Positions 10,228 to 18,805 of a DNA stretch of 25,596 nt are shown here, in pieces. Source of the stretch: Catajapyx aquilonaris (taxonomy: Eukaryota); NCBI GenBank assembly GCA_000934665.2, contig JYFJ02000715.1, positions 124,001 to 149,596 of the forward strand, given 5' to 3'. The translations under genes and the position numbers were made by a program. Numbering within the stretch: position 1 is the stretch's first letter; each line of letters starts with the position of its first letter. Under the pieces are notes generated by a model that searched no databases, had not been told where the DNA came from, and saw nothing but the letters and a program-made list of their open reading frames with translations.

Positions 10228-12105
10228 CTATGGACACTTCTTTATAAATGTATCGATGAACTTGTCCCATTTTTTACCCCACATTTCCAAGGCTGCCGTC
10301 TTCTCAACTTCACTCATGGCACTGTACCTGTGTAAGAAACATGAAATATAGTTACCGTGACTTGCATCAATTCATGTATAATTGCTTGGTGCTTTGGTGC
10401 CCCTGCGATGCTCCATTTGGCGTACAGCGAGGCTTAGAGCAACAAGTGCCAACTCATTTTGGAGTTAGCTTGTTTTCTGATTGCATGGTTCAATTACAAG
10501 TGACTATTACAGTAGAACTTACTCAATGGAGTTCATGGCAAGCCTCTTGAGAAATCTGAGATCCGACTTTTCCCCTGCAAGTCCCATGAATGCCATGTAA
10601 AAGTCGTGGCTCAATGGCCTGGCCTCCCACACTATTGGGTCATCCGAGGAGATCACCACTGGGTAGTTATCACTCAGCAAAACGGCTCCTGGATGGTTGC
10701 GCAAATCCGCAACCAGATCCAGGACCTGGTTTGAGATGGGACACACCTCGACGGCTATACCCTTTGACTTGACCATGCCCATGAGCGTAGGGTGCTTGGT
10801 CAGGCCGAATCCGTGCCCAATGCGGGATGTGTTGAGAAGGATGGCATCGTACAGGTTGCCATCAATTGGGGTTCCCTCCCAATCTGAAATATTGCCAGTA
10901 TTTTACTTTCAAATGTCGTAATGACATTGGAAAGCACTGACCTGTTTCAGCTGCATGAAAAAAGTACTTCAAGTCCACTCCCAAATTCGTAGGTAAAAGC
11001 AGCTGGTCAATGTACTTGAGCAGAGGCCTCCCCGTATCTTCTTGGCCCACCAGGTCAAACCCACCGAAGAAATCTGGGTACATGTTGTGAAAAGTTATTG
11101 CATCCGACACGTCCTGGCCAATATCATGGTCAGGCGCGATGCGTCCGACGGAGTATATCATCTTCGTGCCCTTGAAATCCGGATTGTCTCTTACATACTC
11201 GTCATTCCCTTCCTTGTACAGTTGCATCACTTGAAATTTGTCGAGACTCGTGCCGTTGATCTCGTATATCTGCAGTAAGTAAATTTCATCAGTATACTGC
11301 ATCGTAATTAAGGAATTCGATAAGAATGTACATTGGTTAGGGTGGTGCGAAGTTCAAAGTAGATGACACCGTCCTCATGAAATTCCTCCAGCGCCCTTCT
11401 GAAGTGGTGCTTGAAGGCGGCCACGTATCCGTATACATCACTTATAACTGTCATTTTTTGCTCAAACGCGTTCCAAACGGTGTTTATATCAGGGTATGCA
11501 TCTGTAATTGAAATGATTCGAATCAAATCGTTAAAGCGAAGCGTGATCTACTTACCCCTCGGATCTGGCACGACCAGGGACATTGCCTTCTTAATTATTA
11601 CATCAACCGTCTTATTCCCTAATTGTTCCCTCAATGAGGCTACGAGCACCCAATTGCAAGTCCGGTCTGGGGTTTCGAAGAAGCGAAAGCGAATTGCACT
11701 GGAGTTGAAATTGCAAACGTACAAATTGGTCCAGTAGGTCAGATCGCTCACGATGAAGTCAATGGATGTGATGGCAGTGTCGTGCACGTGCAGGGCCGCC
11801 CCTTTAGGCATCGCTTTAATGAACTTGAATATGTCGGACTTCTCAATGTCGGCCTTTGCTTTAAAGAAGTGAGTCGCAGGATCGAAGTGGGCGTCATGGA
11901 TGCTGCGATTGAACGCAGCCTCTTTCATCTTCATCAGCATCCGATTCACTTCAATTTCTTTAGTGTCAAGCCACATGTCACTTCCCAGAAACCGATTGAA
12001 CTCCGTTTCTACTAGACGACTCCTTTGCTCTAAGTACGCCGGTACAGGTATACATCCTGACAAATTAATAAAAGCAAGAACAAGAGTAATCACCAACAGC
12101 TTCAT
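10228..12105 (-). CDS. ADA2: Secreted adenosine deaminase 2 / adenosine deaminase-related growth factor (ADGF/CECR1 family)
   Basis: Exons 12105-11556, 11501-11332, 11269-10942, 10883-10523, 10327-10228 = 1509 nt, 502 aa. Signal peptide [17 protein letters not shown]; motifs [57 protein letters not shown]-terminal W..KWDKFI typical of ADGFs. Confidence 0.96.
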
Positions 12106-12142
12106 TGCAACGTGATCTGATTCAGCTGACAGGCATCAAGAC

Positions 12143-12244
12143 TTATTTATCCGATTGTCACTGATAGATTATCGGCCTCAAGTCGTGATAAAAATATTAC
12201 AAGTGCACTAGTTTTGCAACACATTTCAAAATTCACACTTATCA
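12143..12244 (-). promoter_or_regulatory. ADA2 proximal promoter with clustered GATA motifs
   Basis: Five GATA cores within ~100 bp upstream of the ATG (about 12147, 12162, 12169, 12186, 12238) plus a TATA-like ATAAATAA on the minus strand at ~12143-12150. Confidence 0.4.
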
Positions 12245-12381
12245 CACTCTGTCATTGCAACCATTACTCGAGCCTTCTACTGAAAGAGCACTTGTTGTTC
12301 GGCACATTATTTACTGACGCATGCCCACTGCAATTGTTTGGTGGAAAAAACAGCAGCACAATAATTGTGCTGCTGTTGGCT

Positions 12382-12595
12382 GATGGCCTTGGTATTGCAC
12401 AATGAGAAATACAGCTGACATTCTTCCTGGAGTGCGGCTAATTATTAGCCGCACTCCAGGAAGCAAACAATGACGATTTTTATTGCTCCAGATAATGGTG
12501 TAATTGCATCTACTTCTTTCACATTTCTAACCTAGATACCGTAGTAAGTAAGATAATGTCAGCGGTATTTCTCATTGTGCAATACCAAGGCCATC
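12382..12595. mobile_element. MITE between NUDT9 and ADA2 with internal perfect hairpin
   Basis: 41-bp TIRs GATGGCCTTGGTATTGCACAATGAGAAATACAGCTGACATT (one mismatch); internal 20-bp perfect stem with 1-nt loop at 12423-12463. Confidence 0.8.
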
Positions 12596-12698
12596 TGTAC
12601 ATGAACGGACAATTCGCTGCGATTGGCAGTGACTCATTACCGACTACAAAAATCGGCCATGTAATCATACAGAAGTAAAATATTTTTGGTAATTAAAA

Positions 12699-12704
12699 TT
12701 TATT
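12699..12704 (-). terminator. Candidate polyadenylation signal of NUDT9
   Basis: TTTATT on + (AATAAA on -), ~190 nt downstream of the NUDT9 stop. Confidence 0.5.
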
Positions 12705-12892
12705 TTAACAGATCGGTACATGTGCTGATTGCAACCCACACCTGCAGAATTGTGTTAATGTAATACAATGTATTTTTAACGGAATGTGCATAATAACCGA
12801 CTGGTTAGTCACTTATCCGGTCAGAGTCCGTGAAGTCTGTCATACACTTATATACCCCTCAATCGTAACATGAATTGAAAAATGTGTGCAGT

Positions 12893-13788
12893 TCATTTGC
12901 ACCATGACACACCGTGCATCTGGGCCACCTTCTGAATAAACTCAGCGTGACTTGCATACAACTTCAGATCACTAGTGACGTCCATCCACTTGACCCCCAC
13001 CGCGTCGTCTCCAGCATTAAGCTTGAATGAACCCACTTCGTTCCCTGTGGCGTCATGGTAATTGACAGCCACAGTCTCCATCCATGCGTTGTCCGTATTA
13101 CGTGTGTCATCAACATAGCCCCGATACACTTCGACACCACGACTGAAGAAGTCACCGATCATCGTCTCAGCTCCGGACAACTCAAGCGAGTTGAGGGCCT
13201 CTTCCATGAACTCACGCTTTAGAGTCACTGAGACATTCTCACCCGGGTCCACCATCCCACCCGGTATGGCCCACTCGCCTGTGCACAGAGAGAGCGTAAA
13301 TGTTGTGTATTTGCAAAGCGTTGAACGTGCGTACCTGTGTCCCCTCGCTTGATGGCCACGAACTGCAGCCTGGTGTCCCCAGGCTTGAACCTGGTGACTA
13401 TTGGATCTGCCGCGTGGTTTGGCCCCCACCTGCCCAGGTGTCCCCTCCCTGCCAGGCCCGTCCTGCCCCTGGGGTTCAAGGGCCGCCCATGGTGGTCCAC
13501 TCCGTACTCCCCAAGGTGGCTGGACCTATCCACCTTACCATCCAGCGAGTTCCACTTCGGGGCGAACCCTGGGTCGTCCCAATCCGGATCTGCCCAGGGC
13601 TTGCCCCGGGCGGACGGGGACGTGTAGATCTCCGGTGCGTACTCGGGCCAGGAGACGGACCAGGGCACCAGGTTGTCCGGCACCGGGAGGCGCTGCACCG
13701 ATGTCCTGGTGTACGGAGAGGACCTGCACTTCGTATGAAGCATCGCGCACATCGCAAGTCTCAAGCAATGGTGCATGGGCGCGGCCAT
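12893..13788 (-). CDS. NUDT9: ADP-ribose pyrophosphatase (Nudix hydrolase 9), probably with N-terminal mitochondrial presequence
   Basis: Exons 13788-13335 and 13278-12893 (56-nt phase-1 intron), 279 aa. Motifs [56 protein letters not shown], Nudix box [50 protein letters not shown]. Confidence 0.96.
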
Positions 13789-13852
13789 CTTGGAATCAGG
13801 GGTACCAACTGAAACTGCAAGGGGGCCAACAGTACATATAATTGGCTAGGCG

Positions 13853-14005
13853 GTGACTCTGTCCCTAGACGCTGTGACTCATCACCAACGTGCGTGTAGG
13901 ACTGCTTTATTCCGCCCCCTGGCAGCGGCAGTAGTGTGCACAGAGGGTGCCGATCGTACTACCGGCAATATAACGTCCAAGTCGAGGGCATGGCAGTGTT
14001 GCCAA
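13853..14005 (+). repeat. Dispersed repeat, copy A (in the NUDT9 upstream region)
   Basis: Shares GTGACTCATCACCAACGTGC, GCGGCAGTAGTGTGCA.AGAGGGTG and GGCAGTGTTGCCAA in the same order with 18649-18805. Confidence 0.75.
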
Positions 14006-14042
14006 AATATGGTAACTAGCAGTATAATCCGTTCTTCGTACG

Positions 14043-14090
14043 GTAATGCTGTTGCCATGGTAACCTAGGTTACCATGGCAACAGCATTAC
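14043..14090. promoter_or_regulatory. Perfect 48-bp palindrome containing two RFX X-boxes
   Basis: GTAATGCTGTTGCCATGGTAACCT|AGGTTACCATGGCAACAGCATTAC. X-box matches GTTGCCATGGTAAC (14051-14064) and GTTACCATGGCAAC (14069-14082), ~255 bp upstream of the NUDT9 ATG. Confidence 0.7.
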
Positions 14091-14623
14091 TGTGGCCATC
14101 ATGGCGGTAGGGGGTAAGGAGAATGGGACAAATCGACAAACGTTTGGCATCAAACCTTCCCTTTTATATACTGTATGTTAGCTGCGACACCCGGCGTTGC
14201 TGGAGAAGAAATGAATTGAAAGCAAGCTGAAAAGGACAGGCAAAAAAAATTTCATAACCCTGTAGCGGGCATTGTTGCCTGAGGGCAACATTACACAATC
14301 ACCACGAGCTTCAAAGTTGATAATACGGTTGCACACTACGGTTGTAGATGACAGTATAGGTTTGCAGCTTCCACTAGGTGGCAGGATAGGCGGCCAATGA
14401 TACCGGTATAGACAGGAGCGGACAGGAGAGAAACCATTTCATTTCTGTGCTCCATGAAAGTCGCGGGCAAGGTCGCGGGCACGGTGGTCGCGGGTTGACG
14501 GAGTATGCTGCAACAGCAATTATTTTTGGAGCCGCTTTCATAAAGGTGAGGGTATGAAATATCACATTACATGTGTCAAACGTGCAGAATAGTTCTCTTG
14601 TCGCCAGTCACTACCATTCCTAT

Positions 14624-14808
14624 TGGGACTAAAAATCGGCCTATATACGGCCGTCTATGCTAGGCGAACCGGTTTACTCCCATGTAGCCACTGGGCCTAC
14701 GTCGGGCCTACGTCGCGTCGGGCGCAGCCCAAGCCTTTTGGATCGGGTGGTCTACCTAAGGCGATGGCCTTGCTTAGGAAGCCTGGGTCAGGCCGATTTT
14801 TAGTCCCA
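14624..14808. mobile_element. MITE with 19-bp inverted repeats
   Basis: TGGGACTAAAAATCGGCCT (14624-14642) / AGGCCGATTTTTAGTCCCA (14790-14808); GGCCTA-rich interior. Confidence 0.7.
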
Positions 14809-14860
14809 TGTAAACGTACTCAAACTGTTGCCTACAGGCAACGTTGCGCTGTCTGCAGTG

Positions 14861-15728
14861 TTTATAAATAACGAAAGGGAAGCGCTACATGCGGGCCCAA
14901 CATGGCCGCCGGCGGCTCTGTTGGGTCCCCCAATTCACAGTGTGTCCAAACGCGAGAACACTTGGACAAAAATGGTAAAACCAAGTTGGCAGAGTCGTGT
15001 CAAATCTGCCCGAATGTAATAATGTCTGAACAATAATAATAAAAAGAACCCTTGGTAGGTTAAATTGAGATGCGTTTTATGCCAGGCAGGTACTCAAGTC
15101 GACTGTTCGCCTGCCACATTTTTTGTGTCTATTCAGTCGGCTTCGAATGGTCAAAGTCACTGCATTTCCAAATTCAGGCTCATTCGGATTTTAAACTGTG
15201 CATAAAATAGCTATGGCTAAGTACTACTTACTCTCATGTAGCAATTTGAATGTGACCTTGAAGTATCGGTGCCAGGCGGTCCTTTCTTGAGGTCTCCCAT
15301 CACCCGTATTTGTCACGTCAATGATTTGATTTCAAAGACGAAAAGTAACGGATTTCACAATATTTCACTTCGAATCACACATTAAATGAAAGACTAGACT
15401 CCCTAGTTATACACTCACTTCGTTTCAATCCCACATAATCGCACATTTTTTTTCCAAAAAGGAGGCATCATTTGTCATGCTACCCCGACAAACGTTGCAA
15501 TTGTGTGCACGTAAAAAACTAAGTGCATCTATAACAGGGGAGTCTAGTCATTCGTTTGATGTGTCATTCAAAGGGAAACTTGTGAAATTCACTACTTTTC
15601 ATCTTGAAAATCAGAGGAATATCGTGACCTTCGTGACAAATCCGCGCGGAATGGAAGCCATTTTTGTCCAAGCATTTCCGAGTTTGGACACACTGTGCAA
15701 TGTAGCGCTTCCCTTTCGTACCTATAAA
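14861..15728. mobile_element. ~870-bp TIR element nested in the Helitron-like region
   Basis: ACGAAAGGGAAGCGCTACAT...CACAGTGTGTCCAAAC...CTTGGACAAAAATGG (14871-14975) is inverted at 15658-15719; the left arm carries an extra ~45-bp hairpin. Confidence 0.7.
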
Positions 15729-16397
15729 GTTCAGCCAAGTCCGGTAGGGTCGCCACTTACCTGGGCTCCGAAATATCTCATGGCGCTCTCAGGTGAGCAC
15801 CCGCTGCAAAACGCCCCGGCAGGGGGTGGGTGGGAGTGACCAGACCTTACTTGTATGACCGTGGTCGCGGACATTCCGAATATCCTACAGATATTGGTAG
15901 AAAACTATAGTACCGATGTGGAATTTCAACGCCGGTTACAGACAAATTCTACACTATTATAATTTACACAAAAAACCTTATTTCATGAAAATTGAGTAAT
16001 ATTTGAGCAATTTATGGCATATTATTTTCTAGTAGAGTTACTTTCCACACACACTATAGTAGCAGCATGCAGAGAACGTTCAGCGTTGCCTGAGGGCAAC
16101 AATTAATTACTTCATGGGTCATTGGGTCATCACAGTTGACCAAAACATAATAATAAACGCCATTCTTAGCTCACCTATGGCGAGAAAAATACTGTTTTTT
16201 TCTTCCCAAAATCCTACTTCTGTGCAGTACAGGGTTAAAGGAAGGCCGGGTCGGAAGGACGGGAGAGGTTGGAGGTGTAGGAGGCGGACCACAGATGGCA
16301 GGCAAATGACCGTTGGCATTCAAGGCGGACAGACAGACAGATCAGAAACTGATTTATTTATATATATATATATATATATAGATATACATATGTGCTA

Positions 16398-16481
16398 CAC
16401 CTGACTCCGGATATAACAGCCTCGGTTATAACAGACTTTTTCCCGCTGTCTCAGGAAGTCTGTTATATCCGGAGCCAACTG
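16398..16481. mobile_element. Tiny pogo/Tigger-like MITE
   Basis: TA|CACCTGACTCCGGATATAACAG ... CTGTTATATCCGGAGCCAACTG, with the TATAAC motif repeated internally as in pogo/Tigger TIRs. Confidence 0.65.
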
Positions 16482-16900
16482 TGTAATCGAAGATGATAAG
16501 ATGATAGCAAAACTTGTCCATGTGTGCTCGACCTGGGTGCGAAACAATTCAAGTGACATAAACTGAGAACTTTCTCACAGTCCCCCTGGCCATCACTACA
16601 GTGTATATTTAAAAAAATGGCGCAAATTTCTTGCACAAACAAGAGACATGGTAGGGGGGGAAGAGTCGTTGGATTTTTTGAGTAGCACTTGGACACGATG
16701 GGAGGCAAATATTTGGGCTCCTCTCCAGCAGGGCACTTGATCAGATGGATTGGAAACACTTCGCTTGGTGTGTGTGGGGGGGCATGGCAAGCGATGAATA
16801 TTCAGAAGAGACCTGCTGTTTATAATATTCTTCAACTACGATAGCTATCGAGAAGACGGTTGAGAAAATGCGGGGTTTAAAGTAGAAAAATTGCGCCCAA

Positions 16901-17145
16901 GATCTTTCCTACGCGACGAAAGTGGCAGGAGTTAGGGTGTGGAGGCGCGGGGAAGGTCGCGCGTCCGAATGGGTAGGCGGAAATAATGTGAAGTCGCAGT
17001 GGCAAAGTCACAATAACGTTCGTTGGCCTCCGACGCCACAAAACGTACAGTATAATTTTTGCGGTTACAAACCAAGCCATACAAAACCAGTAAACCACCC
17101 CTGAACTGCCCGCGCCTCCCGCCACTTCGTCGCGTAGGAAAGATC
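16901..17145. mobile_element. MITE with 20-bp perfect TIRs
   Basis: GATCTTTCCTACGCGACGAA(A)GTGGC / GCCACTTCGTCGCGTAGGAAAGATC. Confidence 0.75.
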
Positions 17146-18175
17146 AGCCGTTCAGTGATGAGCAAGTGCCATCCGTACATCCAAAATTCCGCGTATTTAC
17201 ATCGGAACAAACTAACAAACTGCCAAAATTCAGCGCTTTTCGTACACGAACAACAAGGGCCGATAAATAATGGCTCGTACGCGGAAATAGCAATACAATA
17301 CGAGGCATAATCAGCATTCCATCGCCACGTTATCGCATCATTGAAGCAATGCATCTGCATTGCTTCTGAATATAACAAAGCACAATAATTAGCATTGCAA
17401 TTGTATTTAATGCTAGTTACTGGATGATTAACCTTTCTCTCTATGTGTGCGTGTTTTATTTTTCTCTCGCTAACACAGCGATTAATGGCTTTTTTTGATT
17501 ATAGATTCAAGTAGGATAGGCACGTCGGGTATGTACTGTTAGTGCAGTATCCCATGGGAGGGAGGGATGTCGGCCTATTCATTTTGTTGGTGCTGACACC
17601 GAAACGCGGATAAATAGTTGCATGGCAGCTCATCTAATTAAAGCCGTGACCTATTATTCATCTTGTCCTCAAAGGTGAAACTGCATTTAATTATCATATT
17701 TTGCGAGGGGGGTCTCTCCCCTTCATTGTGGCAGGGTGTGGCATTTTATGCGCAATTTCGGGTGCATGCCTTATTGTGCTGGGAAAATAACTTGGTGGCA
17801 CATTGCTTCAAGCCTTCCCTAAAAATAATAATAATTCCCCCCAAAAAATAGAGAGTGGGCGATGTAAATCACGATTAATGTGTAGGGTGTCAGCGTCAAT
17901 ATTTGGGGGGCATCAACAGAGAGGGCCAGAGAAGATTAATATCAGGGCAGGACCTGAAAACGCAGTGACCCAATTCAGCGGATTCGAAATTTTGTGTCAC
18001 GGTGCACCCGACCGTTTTGGATTTATTTGATCAAGTTTTGTTCCATATACCGTGTGTTCAGCTTGCCAGAGTCAAACGTTATTATGAGAACACACCACAA
18101 CAGAGCTCTATAGTAATTCCATTTTGACCAAACTAATGAAGAGAATAAATTTCTTGCACTAGGCCTAATTCAGAA

Positions 18176-18205
18176 AGTGTAGCCTACAGTAGTGTAGCCT
18201 ACAGT
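18176..18205 (+). repeat. 15-bp perfect tandem duplication
   Basis: AGTGTAGCCTACAGT x2. Confidence 0.85.
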
Positions 18206-18283
18206 TTAAAGGAGTGGCTTCAGGTCTGCTACCTTACTCCTTTTTGCGACTGTACATCCGATATATATGATAATTTCTGGCTA

Positions 18284-18625
18284 CACTGTAAACCGCGAAG
18301 CATTAAAAGAGCATCACCCATTTATAAACAATTTTTAAATGCTTTTTCCATGCTTTTTGTAGCCAAAAGCATAAAAAATATCACAAGAGCATTACAGGAG
18401 CATCACAAGAGCATTACCCATTTAGAAACAATTTTTAAATGCTTTTCGTTGCTAAAAGCATCAAAAATGATCATCAAAAGATCATTACAGGAGCATCACA
18501 AGAGCATTACAATTGGAGACTCAGTAGCGATGCTCTTATGATTCGATAATGTTCTTTAAATGCTTTTGTAATGCTTTTTGTTGGTAAAAAGCAACAAAAA
18601 CAATATTACAAGAGCATTAAAACTG
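18284..18625 (+). mobile_element. CACTA/EnSpm-like fragment with direct and inverted subterminal AGCAT repeats
   Basis: Starts CACTGTAAA; many ~11-12-bp units (AAGAGCATTACA / GGAGCATCACA) alternate with inverted AATGCTTTT; CCCATTTA.AAACAATTTTTAAATGCTTTT occurs twice; no right TIR seen. Confidence 0.5.
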
Positions 18626-18648
18626 ATGTTCTATGTGAGACTCTAGAC

Positions 18649-18805
18649 GTGACTGTCTCCCCGGTGACTCATCACCAACGTGCATGTAGTACTACGTTCC
18701 CCCAGAGAGCGGCAGTAGTGTGCAGAGAGGGTGAATGCGCGCCATCTGTGAGTGTAATATCGTACTATGTTCTATGTAGGGGAGCGGGTCGGGCAGTGTT
18801 GCCAA
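18649..18805 (+). repeat. Dispersed repeat, copy B
   Basis: Colinear blocks shared with 13853-14005. Confidence 0.75.

Larger units (their letters stand above)
14178..16382 (-). mobile_element. Putative non-autonomous Helitron-like element (~2.2 kb) with nested insertions
   Basis: Minus strand starts A|TCTATATATA...AATAAATCAGTTTCTGATCTGTCTGTCTGTCC (TC start, TA and CTGT microsatellites). It ends CCAGCAACGCCGGGTGTCGCAGCTAA (GC-rich subterminal motif + CTRR), as in arthropod non-autonomous Helitrons. That both ends belong to one element is inferred. Confidence 0.6.

Noticed and set aside
12893..13429. Apparent frameshift between two NUDT9 ORFs
   Set aside because: Resolved by a canonical 56-nt intron (13279-13334).
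13300..13841. Several long overlapping ORFs on both strands over NUDT9 exon 1
   Set aside because: Expected from high GC content; only the NUDT9 frame has family motifs.
18297..18625. CRISPR-like array
   Set aside because: Eukaryotic context, degenerate mixed-orientation units, no constant repeat with unique spacers, no cas genes.
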